A stretch of DNA of 64,000 nt from Flavobacteriales bacterium (GTDB lineage: Bacteria > Bacteroidota > Bacteroidia > JACJYZ01), in the NCBI GenBank assembly GCA_020435415.1, contig JAGQZQ010000002.1, forward strand, positions 26,301 to 90,300, given 5' to 3'. A model generated the notes under the pieces. That model was not told the DNA's origin. It saw nothing but the letters and a program-made list of their open reading frames with translations, and searched no databases. The position numbers and the translations under genes are program-made. Positions 49,997 through 61,000 of the stretch are shown piece after piece (the first letter of the stretch is position 1; each line of letters begins with the position of its first letter).

Positions 49997-50836
49997 ATGA
50001 GCACAAACGAACTGATCCATACGACCAAAGCTTATTACGACAGCAACGATGCCGATGAGTTTTACCACCGCGTGTGGGGTGGCGAAGATATTCATGTAGG
50101 CATCTACGAACTGCCGGACGAACGCATCTTTCAGGCAAGTCAACGAACCGTTCAGCAGATGATCTCCATGCTACGGTATATTGACGAGAACACAGATGTT
50201 CTTGACATCGGCTCTGGATACGGAGGTGCTGCACGCTACCTTTCCTCCAGATTCAAATGCACTGTTACCTGTCTGAATCTTAGCGAAAAGGAAAATGAAC
50301 GAAACCGCAAAAAGAACAAGGAAGTAGGCCTGGGTGCCTTTATCGACGTACATCAGGGAAATTTTGAGTATATTCCCTTTCCGGATAACTCATTCAACGT
50401 GGTTTGGTCGGAAGACGCCATTCTGCATAGCGACAACAAAGCCAAAGTTTTTCATGAGGTATCCCGTGTACTTAAGACCGGTGGGCAGTTTATCTTTACC
50501 GATCCGATGCAAAGTGATGATTGCCCTGCAGATGTACTCAAGCCGGTGCTTGACCGTATTCACCTGAAAGAACTGGGGTCTGTGAAACTATACCGAGCCC
50601 TTGCATCAGCCAATGGATTGGAAGAAGTACGTATCATGGAAATGCCGGAACAACTGGTGAACCATTATTCCTCGGTAAAAAGAGAGCTCCAGGGAAAAAA
50701 GGAAGAACTGAAAGATTATGTGAGTGATGACTATATCACCCGGATGCTTGCTGGCCTGGACCATTGGATAGATGGAGGGAAAAAAGGCTACCTGAACTGG
50801 GGAATCCTTCAGTTTAAAAAATCGGGTAAAGCGTGA
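49997..50836 (+). CDS. Sarcosine/dimethylglycine N-methyltransferase (SDMT)
   Basis: N-terminal YYDSNDADEFYHRVWGGEDIHVGIY and VLDIGSGYGGAARYL are hallmark SDMT segments. It starts 3 nt after GSMT. Confidence 0.8.
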   Translation: MSTNELIHTTKAYYDSNDADEFYHRVWGGEDIHVGIYELPDERIFQASQRTVQQMISMLRYIDENTDVLDIGSGYGGAARYLSSRFKCTVTCLNLSEKENERNRKKNKEVGLGAFIDVHQGNFEYIPFPDNSFNVVWSEDAILHSDNKAKVFHEVSRVLKTGGQFIFTDPMQSDDCPADVLKPVLDRIHLKELGSVKLYRALASANGLEEVRIMEMPEQLVNHYSSVKRELQGKKEELKDYVSDDYITRMLAGLDHWIDGGKKGYLNWGILQFKKSGKA

Positions 50837-51083
50837 TGATGTCCGATTAAGAACAAGCCGTGACCCCAGCTTTCCTGTACGACTATCTATATTTAAACAA
50901 GCCTCTGTTCTTGTGATATTTATCAACATAAATATCAGATTTCCATACCTTAATGTAGATGGGTATATCGCAGACACCCCTTCCAAATGCTTTCGTAGTT
51001 TGCTATAAGAAAGCGTATTCGTAATTTTCCACCGGAGGTAGAGTCGTTAGGCACATTGTCTATCGCCGCGAAACAATTCGAGT

Positions 51084-52595
51084 ATGCACAAGGAAAGCCT
51101 GTTCAACCTGATCAAATCACTGAACCGCAACGAAAAGGGGTACTTTAAAAAGTTTGTGTCCAGCCGTACGGATTCATCACGCAACAATTACATCAAGTTG
51201 TTTGACATCATCGACAAACAGGATGTATATGATGAAGCGGCCCTGAAGGAGAAGGTGGATGTAAAGAAGATCGCTAAGAACCTCAGTGTTTACAAGAACT
51301 ATCTGTACGGCTCAATCCTTAAAAGCCTGAGATCATACCACCAGGAAATTTCCGTGGATGCAACCCTCCATGAAATGCTCAGGGATGCAGAGATTCTGTT
51401 CAACAAGTCGCTGTTGCGGGATTGTGAATCGGTGATACGCAAAGCAATTTCCCTTGCCTATAAACATGAAAAGTTCACTGCCCTGCTTGATCTCTACGCA
51501 CTTCTTCACCGGTTGATCATGCAACTGGAGAACAGCGACGATGCCTATCAGCAATCCTTTACCGTACACTTCCAGGAACAGCAAAACATCCTTAATGCCT
51601 ATGCTGAACTCGTGCATATGCGCATGCTGAATTCCCGGATGCGCCACTTCTTCACCAACAAATGGGAAGAGCCGGAGAAAAGCATGGAAGGCATGAAAAA
51701 GATCATGGAAGACCTGGCTGAACAGGAAAAGGCCCGACCCGTTTCATACAAAGCCGGCATCTACCACCATTACCTGCTCAGCTTTATCCACGGTTACTAT
51801 TTTGAAGACAATCAAAAGGGTTACGAACACAGCATGAAGTTGGTGGAACACATCGAATCCAACCCGGTTTTGCTGAACGACGAACCGGAATCCTATATCA
51901 CGGCACTGAACAACCTCATGATACGTGAGGTGAAATTGAAGAAGGACAGTGAATTCAATCTCACCCTGGAGAAACTCAAGAACATTCCGAATAAGTTTAT
52001 CAACCGCGAGATCCGGATCATAGAAAAAGTCTGGAATGTAAGTCTGATGTACTTCATCGAACGCGGTAAGATTGATGAAGGAATCCTATTCGTAAAGGAA
52101 AATGAAGCGCTCTTTACTTCTTATGAAGAAGCCATCCCATCCAGCCTTCGTCTGGCTATTTATGATAGCGTGGTGTCCCTCTATTTTATCAACGGCGATA
52201 TGTCGGCCGCCCTTCGCTGGGTGAACAAGATCATCACCAGAAAGTGGCACGGCAGGGAAGACTTTCAGTCATTCGCCAGGCTGCTGGCCATGATGATCCA
52301 TTTTGAAAAAGGGAACAGTGATGTCATAGAAAGCAAGTACAACAGTTACTACCGCTTCATCACCGGATACCTTGGCAAAGATGGTCCGGAGGAAATATTG
52401 GTATCCTTTCTGCGTAAGGTCAGCCGCCTCACCGATCCTTCGTCCGTCAACCGCGCTTTCTCAAAGATCCTGGAGGAGTGGCCCTCGGATCACCGGAATG
52501 CACGAATATTCGAATGTGTGGATGTCCGCCTGTGGTTCCGTTCCAAGATCGAAAAGAGACCGTTGAAAGCACTTCACATCGAGCAAACCAGGTAG
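51084..52595 (+). CDS. Hypothetical all-helical cytoplasmic protein (503 aa)
   Basis: No signal peptide. Content is TPR/helical-repeat-like. Confidence 0.35.
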   Translation: MHKESLFNLIKSLNRNEKGYFKKFVSSRTDSSRNNYIKLFDIIDKQDVYDEAALKEKVDVKKIAKNLSVYKNYLYGSILKSLRSYHQEISVDATLHEMLRDAEILFNKSLLRDCESVIRKAISLAYKHEKFTALLDLYALLHRLIMQLENSDDAYQQSFTVHFQEQQNILNAYAELVHMRMLNSRMRHFFTNKWEEPEKSMEGMKKIMEDLAEQEKARPVSYKAGIYHHYLLSFIHGYYFEDNQKGYEHSMKLVEHIESNPVLLNDEPESYITALNNLMIREVKLKKDSEFNLTLEKLKNIPNKFINREIRIIEKVWNVSLMYFIERGKIDEGILFVKENEALFTSYEEAIPSSLRLAIYDSVVSLYFINGDMSAALRWVNKIITRKWHGREDFQSFARLLAMMIHFEKGNSDVIESKYNSYYRFITGYLGKDGPEEILVSFLRKVSRLTDPSSVNRAFSKILEEWPSDHRNARIFECVDVRLWFRSKIEKRPLKALHIEQTR

Positions 52596-52649
52596 GACAC
52601 AACAGTGTACCATTGATCAAAAGATCGCGTTATATACAAAAGCGCGGCC

Positions 52650-53984
52650 ATGAAAAAATCCCTGTTGATCCTCCTGTTGCCCGTGATAGCCTATGCACAG
52701 GAACTTCCCCTTCCCTATTTGCAGGCACCACTTACCGATGAGGTGAAATCCGCCATGCAGCAAATCATTGCCTCCGGCAACCTTAAAGAAACCATTACCA
52801 TCCCCTTGCTCTCCATAAAAGAGATACGGAAACTCAACATCGGTCAGCAAGCTGAACTGTCGCGCCACCGCGCCCTTCTGATCAGGGACTATTGCGTGGA
52901 AGAACTACAATTCAACCCTTATGACATAAACATCGCGGTGACTCCTTTTCAATGTGAGAACACCGCCAAACGCGGAGGACAAACTATCACTACCGCACAA
53001 TACCAGTCGTTCACCAACCAACAGGGTATCTCACAATTGGTATTAAATAAAACCGGAAACCTGTTCGATTATTCCGGATCATGTATACCTGTGGACACAC
53101 TGCCCTATGAAGAGTTCACCGTATCCAATGAAGAAGAGCAAGTCATCATTACCCGTCAGGGCGTCAGGGTGATATTCCCGGTGCATGCTTTCCGTTTAAA
53201 ATCCACCGACTGCTACGAGGTTACCTTGCGTATCAAAGAATTCCTGACCACCGAAGATATCATCCGGTCACAACTCACAACACACTCCGGAACCCAGTTA
53301 CTGGAAACAGGAGGCATGATCTCCATTGAAGCCACCTGTAACAACAAAAATATAGCCCTTCTCAAGCCGATCACCATTAAGATCCCCACCACAGGACAAT
53401 CCAAAGACATGGACCTGTTCCGCGGGCATCAGGCACAGGACCTGATCAACTGGACAAAAGATGCAGGCACGAAGGTGTACCGGCAGCCAATAGGCTCACT
53501 GGTGACCGATGAACCTACAACAAACGTGCTGGTCACCACCAATGTGAATGAAGAAGGATTTTTGGATGAAGATGTATGGGAAGGTGAAGGCGAAAGCGCA
53601 TTTGAATCCGAGATGGATTATTTTGTCATGAAAACCACCAAACTGGGCCTGATCAATTGCGATATCTTTCTGGATGTTCCGGAACCCAGGGAACTTCTGG
53701 TCAGAACAGATAGCACCAACATGATCGTCCGGCTGGTGTTTAAGGATATTCGAAGTATTCTTCCCGGTTATTATTTCGATAATAACAGAAGAGATATTAA
53801 ATTATCAGGAATCCCAAATGGCATGCAGGCCACCCTGCTGGTTTTCGCTGATAAAGGGAAAGGTCAGGTCAGGTGGGCCGCACAACCCATCACAATAGGC
53901 ACCGACCGTATTGTAGAAAACATGGCTTATGCGGTTTCCTCCAAAGAAGAATGGGGAAACTACCTGAAAAGCCTTCAATGGTAG
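52650..53984 (+). CDS. Hypothetical secreted protein (444 aa)
   Basis: Signal peptide MKKSLLILLLPVIAYAQ. Confidence 0.4.
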   Translation: MKKSLLILLLPVIAYAQELPLPYLQAPLTDEVKSAMQQIIASGNLKETITIPLLSIKEIRKLNIGQQAELSRHRALLIRDYCVEELQFNPYDINIAVTPFQCENTAKRGGQTITTAQYQSFTNQQGISQLVLNKTGNLFDYSGSCIPVDTLPYEEFTVSNEEEQVIITRQGVRVIFPVHAFRLKSTDCYEVTLRIKEFLTTEDIIRSQLTTHSGTQLLETGGMISIEATCNNKNIALLKPITIKIPTTGQSKDMDLFRGHQAQDLINWTKDAGTKVYRQPIGSLVTDEPTTNVLVTTNVNEEGFLDEDVWEGEGESAFESEMDYFVMKTTKLGLINCDIFLDVPEPRELLVRTDSTNMIVRLVFKDIRSILPGYYFDNNRRDIKLSGIPNGMQATLLVFADKGKGQVRWAAQPITIGTDRIVENMAYAVSSKEEWGNYLKSLQW

Positions 53985-54045
53985 TGATCTCTCGCGCACA
54001 TCGTGGCAATACATTCAAAAATCATATATATTTGCTACGAGTGTT

Positions 54046-54576
54046 ATGAGACAAGCCTCCTCTATCCTGTTATTGTTTTCCCTGCTGTTCAGCATAGCAG
54101 GCCCATATTCCTTGTTTCATATACTGCAATACCAGGCGAGAAGGGAGATGAAAACAGCCATCAAGAGTGGCATTCCCGAGAAAGACCTGCAACGCATCGT
54201 CTTTTCATCTGAACATGAGATCCATTGGGAAAAGCCCGGCAAGGAATTCCGGGTGGGCAACCGCCTGTTCGATGTGATCCGGTATGAAAAAACCGAAGAA
54301 GGGTTAGTCTTCACCTGCATCAACGATATACAAGAATCACAACTATTTGCCAACCTCGACGAATTGGTCAGAAGCAATGTCAATGACCAACGTTCTTCCC
54401 GATACCCCCTGACCAGGGTGGCTGTGAAACTTCTATCACAGGTTTACCTACCCGTGGAGCATTCTACCATATTTACAGATGTTCTCCACACGGTTCATCA
54501 CACTGCGGTGCAGGCATCCCTTGCTTGTCCGGTTATTGAAACGCCTTCCCCTCCGCCCGACAATAGGTTCGCATAA
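54046..54576 (+). CDS. Hypothetical membrane-anchored protein (176 aa)
   Basis: N-terminal TM SSILLLFSLLFSIAGPYSLF. Confidence 0.35.
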   Translation: MRQASSILLLFSLLFSIAGPYSLFHILQYQARREMKTAIKSGIPEKDLQRIVFSSEHEIHWEKPGKEFRVGNRLFDVIRYEKTEEGLVFTCINDIQESQLFANLDELVRSNVNDQRSSRYPLTRVAVKLLSQVYLPVEHSTIFTDVLHTVHHTAVQASLACPVIETPSPPPDNRFA

Positions 54577-54647
54577 CGAGTCTATTATTTATCTTCCGGG
54601 CATCGGTCCCGGTTGCAACCTATTGTTATTCTATAAAATCTATTACT

Positions 54648-55070
54648 ATGAAACGCAATTTGCTCATTGCATTCGTGGCTGTGGCATGTGTTCTTACAGC
54701 TTGCAAAAAATATGAAGAAGGCCCGGCCTTCAGTTTACGTTCCGCCAAAGCCCGCCTTTCCGGCGACTGGAAAGTGGCGTCCTTTTCCATTGACGGCGTT
54801 GACCAAACGGCGTCCTACCTGGCCACCATTGGTAACAACTTTGTCATTGACATCGAAAAAGATGGCAAATACCGTGTTGAAGGCAGCTTCACCGACGAAG
54901 GCAGCTGGGAACTCGGAGAAGACGGGGACGATGTCCGCTTCAAGTCGGATGCAGCCGGTTCTACTGAAGATTCATACCGGATTCTTAAGTTAAAGAACAA
55001 AGAATTGTGGCTCAAGCAAACCCAGACCAATGGCGAGGTGCATGAGACACACTTCGAGCCTGCCGACTAA
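54648..55070 (+). CDS. Small lipoprotein (lipocalin-like?)
   Basis: Lipobox VLTAC. Confidence 0.45.
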   Translation: MKRNLLIAFVAVACVLTACKKYEEGPAFSLRSAKARLSGDWKVASFSIDGVDQTASYLATIGNNFVIDIEKDGKYRVEGSFTDEGSWELGEDGDDVRFKSDAAGSTEDSYRILKLKNKELWLKQTQTNGEVHETHFEPAD

Positions 55071-55139
55071 CTAAACCTTGTATAACCTCTGGTCCGCATT
55101 TGTTTCATCAGGTGCGGACCGGCATGGTTCTTTATCATC

Positions 55140-57395
55140 ATGAGAATCGTTTTTTTATGGCTGCTTTGCCTGGTGTGGGCTGCGGCATATCCACAGGTAT
55201 GCATTACAGGGAAGGTTGTGTCGGATTCTTCCGGAACACCCGTTACCCTGGCCAATGTGTACATTCCTGAATATGGGGTTGCCTCCGCCACTGACCACGA
55301 CGGAGCATTTACCTTATGCAAACTTCCGGAGGGAACGGTGCACCTCCAGGTGACCTATGTGGGATACCGGACCTTTATATCCAGGGTACAGATCAGTGAT
55401 ACGCTACAAGAAATTAATATCACCCTGACACCTTCTGCCATCGATTACCAGGAAGTGACGGTGTACGGTGAACAAACCTCCGCGTCAAATGCAACGGCCA
55501 ACAACATCGCGTCGCTGTCTACCATTTCTATGAGACAGCAAGGTGCACTGACGCTGGTGGATGGAATGGCCCAATTACCGGGCGTGCAGAAACTAACCAC
55601 CGGTCCGGGCATATCCAAGCCGGTCATCCGCGGACTGTACGGCAACCGCATTCAAACTGTTGTATTCGGATTGAAGTATGACAGTCAGCAATGGCAGGAT
55701 GAACACGGTCTCGGCCTCACAGATATGGGTGTTGACCGCATCGAAGTGATCAAAGGCCCGGCATCTCTGCTTTACGGTTCAGAGGCCATGGGAGGGGTTC
55801 TGAATATCCTTGAAGAGAAACCGGCGCCGGTCGGACAGACATTGGGAGATGCTACCGTGCGTTTCTCATCCAATACATTGGGCTTGTCTACCGATGCGGG
55901 CATCAAAAGTTCGACAGAAAATAATCACTGGCGTATACGTCTGGGTGAAGAAAATCATGCAGACTATACAGATGGCCGGGGAGAACGCGTACTGAATTCC
56001 CGATTCGCAGGTTATCATGCCAAGGCTTCCTACGGACATCTTTCAGGCAAATGGACCTCCGAAAACAACTATGCATTCTCCCTGAGCCACATGGGTTTCC
56101 TGCTTGAAGCCGGACAACCACTCGTTCCGGACGACCGCAACAGCAGGAGTTTTCAGCTTCCGCATCATACGGTATTCATGCACATTCTTGCGACCAAAAA
56201 CACATTTTACCTGGGCCGTTCCGTCCTCAAAACAAACATTGGGGTTCACCTGAATAACCGTCAGGAGCAGGAAGGTGGCAACCGCATCAGTCTGGACATG
56301 CAACTGAACAGCTACACCGGAAATACGATATGGTCAAGGAGAATCGGAAAAAATTCAGAGGTGAGTGCCGGCATCCAGGCCATGCACCAGACCAATGTCA
56401 ATAACGGCTCCCGGTCCATTGTCCCCGATGCATCGATCAGCGAGGGTTCAATCTTCACCTATTTAAAACATCATTTCAAATCGCTGGTGATGGAGGGTGG
56501 TTTCCGTTATGACCTGAAACATATCAACACACTGCCTACCGGCACCATTAACAACGACTTCCCCAATAATCCCGGGAAAGAGGTCATCCCCTTCAGCCGA
56601 ACCTATGGCACTGTGAATAGTTCCGCCGGCGTGAGCTTTGTTAAAAAACACTGGAATGTAAAAGCAAACATCTCCACCGGCTACAGGGCAGGCAACCTGG
56701 CAGAGCTTTCATCCAACGGCTTGCATGAAGGCACCATCCGCTATGAGATCGGCAACATCCATTTGCCCATAGAACAAAATGCCTGCACCGACCTCACCGC
56801 CACCTATGAAGTTCGGGCATTGACAGTATCCGCCTCCGGATTTTACAATCAATTTCACGACTACATTTTCCTGGCTCCCATCAACAAGGAATACATCGGA
56901 TTTCCCATTTACCTGTACATACGCGACAATGCCTCACTCATAGGATGGGAGGGCGATGTGCAGCTTCACCCGAAGGCCTTTGGAAATGTATCGCTTCGTG
57001 CAACATGTGCACAGGTAACCGGCAAGGCAGGTAATGGCGATTATCTGCCATTCATTCCCGCAGGAAAGATCACCGGCGAAGTGAAATGGAAATCGAAGGA
57101 AAACATCAAACGCAGACAAACTTTTGCGGGCTTCGGTGCAGATCACATCTTACCACAGGATCATCCCGCGCAATTCGAAACAAGCAGTCCGGGCTATACG
57201 CTCATCCATGCTTCGGCAGGTGTCAGCTTCATTGGTCAGCGACGCGATGTGATGCTGTCGGTGGCCGCCACCAACCTTTTGAATGAAGTCTACTTCGATC
57301 ACTTATCACGCTACAAGTATTACAACATCTTTGACATGGGAAGAAACATTTCCGTGCACTGTCATATCACATTTCACAAAAAATCAACCTTATGA
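55140..57395 (+). CDS. TonB-dependent receptor with N-terminal carboxypeptidase-regulatory-like domain
   Basis: 751 aa. The segment running DYQEVTVYGE...VIRGL through GLKYDSQQWQ...VIKGPASLLYGSEAMGGVLNI is the plug domain, and the protein ends with a C-terminal aromatic residue, as in the TonB-dependent receptor family. Confidence 0.85.
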   Translation: MRIVFLWLLCLVWAAAYPQVCITGKVVSDSSGTPVTLANVYIPEYGVASATDHDGAFTLCKLPEGTVHLQVTYVGYRTFISRVQISDTLQEINITLTPSAIDYQEVTVYGEQTSASNATANNIASLSTISMRQQGALTLVDGMAQLPGVQKLTTGPGISKPVIRGLYGNRIQTVVFGLKYDSQQWQDEHGLGLTDMGVDRIEVIKGPASLLYGSEAMGGVLNILEEKPAPVGQTLGDATVRFSSNTLGLSTDAGIKSSTENNHWRIRLGEENHADYTDGRGERVLNSRFAGYHAKASYGHLSGKWTSENNYAFSLSHMGFLLEAGQPLVPDDRNSRSFQLPHHTVFMHILATKNTFYLGRSVLKTNIGVHLNNRQEQEGGNRISLDMQLNSYTGNTIWSRRIGKNSEVSAGIQAMHQTNVNNGSRSIVPDASISEGSIFTYLKHHFKSLVMEGGFRYDLKHINTLPTGTINNDFPNNPGKEVIPFSRTYGTVNSSAGVSFVKKHWNVKANISTGYRAGNLAELSSNGLHEGTIRYEIGNIHLPIEQNACTDLTATYEVRALTVSASGFYNQFHDYIFLAPINKEYIGFPIYLYIRDNASLIGWEGDVQLHPKAFGNVSLRATCAQVTGKAGNGDYLPFIPAGKITGEVKWKSKENIKRRQTFAGFGADHILPQDHPAQFETSSPGYTLIHASAGVSFIGQRRDVMLSVAATNLLNEVYFDHLSRYKYYNIFDMGRNISVHCHITFHKKSTL

Positions 57396-57808
57396 AACCG
57401 CAACTAAAATCAGGAAGTCTATTGGTCATGCTCGCGCTGACGGTCTCCTTCTTTTCATGCAAAAAAGAAAAAGATGCGCATGTGCCGCCGGATGTGGTAT
57501 TCAAAACAAGTGCAGGCTACACGTCCGCCGATGCCACGGTAGGCCAGGGAGACACGCTGCTGGTAGGCATTGTGGCCACTAAAACAGAAGACGATCTGAA
57601 AAGCTTTAATGTCTCTTATGCCTACGACGGCGCCTCAAGCACCACCACATTTCACAACTACTTTATGACCTCATCGGAGTATGAAGGCTATTCCGCCGAC
57701 ACCGAGATCATCACGCGCAACCAGGTCGGCACAGAGAAGTGGGTTTTCTCCATCGTGGACCGGGATGGAAATATCACACAAAAGACGTTGATCCTGACGG
57801 TGCAGTAG
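57392..57808 (+). CDS. Lipoprotein translationally coupled to the TonB-dependent receptor
   Basis: ATGA stop/start overlap and lipobox SFFSC. Confidence 0.45.
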   Translation: MKPQLKSGSLLVMLALTVSFFSCKKEKDAHVPPDVVFKTSAGYTSADATVGQGDTLLVGIVATKTEDDLKSFNVSYAYDGASSTTTFHNYFMTSSEYEGYSADTEIITRNQVGTEKWVFSIVDRDGNITQKTLILTVQ

Positions 57809-57811
57809 GGA

Positions 57812-58015
57812 GGGTAGTTTCTGGTTTCTGGTTTAAGGTTTAAAGTTGCCGTACCGCATGCTTGTCGTTACCCGAAGAGTACTGCAATCACCAAACCAGC
57901 CTGCCTGCGCTATAGCTAATGCTTCGGCTGGCAGGCCAGCCTGCCCTGCAATGGCCTAAGCGGCGGCTGGCAGGTCATCAAATCATCACATCACCAAATC
58001 ACTCAATCACCAAAT
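57812..58015. repeat. Composite intergenic repeat element, copy C (inverted relative to copy B)
   Basis: The reverse complement aligns with 42775..42980 with the same order of modules (TTTAAACC repeats, core, REP hairpins, octamers). Confidence 0.85.
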
Positions 58016-58076
58016 GTTACCGTTTAGCGTACCGCAGACATCCTGCTTGTCGGCCATACAACATACGGGAACGCCA

Positions 58077-61000
58077 TCACTCCACGACCAACCGCTTACT
58101 TTCGATGCCGTATCTGGAACTACCGGTGACCAGGTAAACGCCGGGCTTGAGTTTATCTAACATATCCAGTGCCAGAATAACGGATCCCGCCTGGCTCAGA
58201 AACACAACCTTCGAGTAATGTGTTTTTCCGAACATGTCCTGCAGGACAACCAGGACTTCTTCCTCCTGTTTGCTTGTGCGTTCAAGCATCACATAGGTGG
58301 TTGTTTTTGCCGGGTTTGGAAATATTGTCATGAATGATGCTCCGCTTCCGTCGTTGTTATTCACCGGCACCGGTGCAAATGTTTCTGTCTTCCCATCGAA
58401 GTCTGTTTGCTTCAGGCGATAGTACGACAACCCTTCATAGGGATGTGCATCAATGGTAGCATAGTGTCTTATTGTTTGACTATTACCTGCTGCTTCCAGG
58501 GTATCGATGGCTTCATAATGAATACCGTCCTTACTCCTTTCAACGGTAAAGAAATGGTTGTTTGTTTCCGTGGCTGTCCTCCAATCTACATTTACTGTAT
58601 CATTATTAAGGGCAGCATCAAAGAACAACAGTTCTATGGGAAGTGCCTCATCCCCATCACCACCTGTCATATCACTGAAAGAGGTCACACCGTTCCATGT
58701 AAGGGTATTCGTGCCAGTGTTTACGGATCCACCCGTAAGCCAGCTGCCTCCGGAATATTTCATGGCAATGTATTGTGATTCATCTCCGTTGATATCCGCA
58801 TCCACGTAGGTATAGCTCATATCATATTCAATGTCACCGGCACCCTCATCGCAGGCCCCGTTACAGGATATACCTGATGGTGTTACCACCCAGTACCTGG
58901 ATATATAATCAGAAGTACCGCTGAGGTTGGGGTGTTTTGAATCCTTGACTTTAATGGTCACATACGCCAGTCCGCCAAGTGTTCCATCCTGAAGCGTAAA
59001 CGTAAAAGGAGAATAATCATTGACATCTCCCAATGGCATGGTAAAAGCCGGTGCAGGCACAGAAGTATATATTTTCTTTAACACCCCGATACCATCCGCC
59101 TCTATGTAGCTTGAGCTACTTCCATTTGAAATGGTTGCAGAAGCACCCATAGTCAGATCAAAGCTCCCTAGTTCCAGGTTGCCGGAGGACATATCCAGGA
59201 CACCGTTTATGGTAGTGTTACGCAAGAGTTTCACATTTCCGGAAGATTTACTGATGGTCAGATCAGTGAATGTCTGAGCCGTATTGGCAGTCAGATTTTG
59301 CGTACCGGCTCCATCAAAGATCACCGAAGCTGATCTTGGCGTAAATGTTCCATTGTTGTTCCATTTCCCCCCCAGGTTGATGTCATAATTGCTGCCTGAC
59401 ACATCCAACGTAATGCCACTTCCGGTGATCAGCAGATCGCTATCCACATCCACATTTCCTGCCAGGGTCTTGGTTCCCGATCCGCTCAGGGTCAATTTGT
59501 AATAATTCAATGCAGCTACATCCTGGTTTCCGGATGCGCCGTAATTCACCGTTCCGGTACCTGCATTAAATGTACCGGTGTTGGTTATTGTTCCAAGGTC
59601 CACCGTCAAACTTTTGTTGTTCAGATTAAGTGTTCCATTAATTGTAAGGGAACCTATCGACTGGTTGGCGGTCAAATCCACCACGTGTCCTGTTGCGATC
59701 AATGCATCTTCTCCGGTTCCAGGTACGATACCTATCAGCCATGTGGTGGGATCGTCAAAGTCTCCGGTTTGCTGGGTGATGTTCTGCCCTACGACCACCG
59801 TCATGTAGTCCCCATCAGCTACGGCTACTGAAGTAGCCCGGTAATTGCTTCCACTGACATAGATCAATGGATACATCGTGGCTCCCGAAGAAAAGTCACC
59901 ATCTCCATCCACGGCCAGCATCATGGCCTGATACCCGGCCGGTTTTGCATCAAAAAGCGAGGTATCAATGGTCACGGAAATGGTCCCGACATCACCGGTT
60001 TCACCAAACCGCCACTCCCTTTCAATGCGCTCTGATCCTGAAGCGGTGGGCGCTTCTGTCGATGTCCAGCTATCCACTGCACCATCATCATGACCGAAGA
60101 GAAGATATTCTCCATCTCCCATCGCACTGGCATTGTGTACAAGGAACATTCCTGCAGACTGCGCGGCGGTATGCAGATTCGAAGCATCTTCACGGCCGAT
60201 TCCCGCTACATCATAGTTGTGTCCCGCGTCATAGGAGAATTTATCATTTACTATGGTCACTCCGTATTTGGACGACAGGTAATTGTTGACAATGATCTGC
60301 TGGGCATCATTCAATACTGTGTTATACAGGATCACCTCCGCGATACTTCCGGCATAATAGCCCCATGCAGTATGTCCTCCAACGACCATGCCCGCTTCCC
60401 AGTTGAAATCGGAACCACCCTTGGTACCGGTCTTCACACTCGCCTCATTAATGAACAACTCCTGTCCGGAACCGCTGGTCACCTGGATCTCTGCAATCCT
60501 GGCCGTATTGTCGTTGTAGTTCGAGGCGGTGCTGATGACCTCTGTATTGTATATACGGCTGGACAGCTTATTACTGCTCAGTCCGAACTGACGGTCATGG
60601 GCTCCACCGGTGTATGTAGCCGGACTCGCTATGGTGGTGAATGGCCCGGTTACATCGGATGATTTGAAGATGACAAACTCCGTGTAGTTCGTTTCCGGGA
60701 TGTCACTGGTCACAATGCTCATCCAATCAGCTGTACCGTCAAAGGTCAAAACACTTTGCCCATTGATACTGTTAGTCACCAGGGTAGGCTGACTGCCGCC
60801 GGTGGTCTGCACCGCATCATTGCCATTCCCGGAACGGTCATGCCACTCCTGAACTGCCGTCCCGTTTGTAGCCTCCGTAGATCCCGCATCGGTATACACA
60901 TAGTCATTTGCAGACAGCCATATCTTGTTGTTGGTGGCCTCTCCCACACCTCCCGGCCCCACGTAGCCATCATTGTCGTCATCATTGATGGTAAGGGTCG

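Noticed and set aside
42775-58015. The inverted-repeat-bracketed block considered as a transposon or integrative element
   Set aside because: No transposase, integrase, recombinase or tRNA/attachment site was found within or next to the block. It is kept as a finding because of the inverted-repeat geometry, but not called a mobile element.
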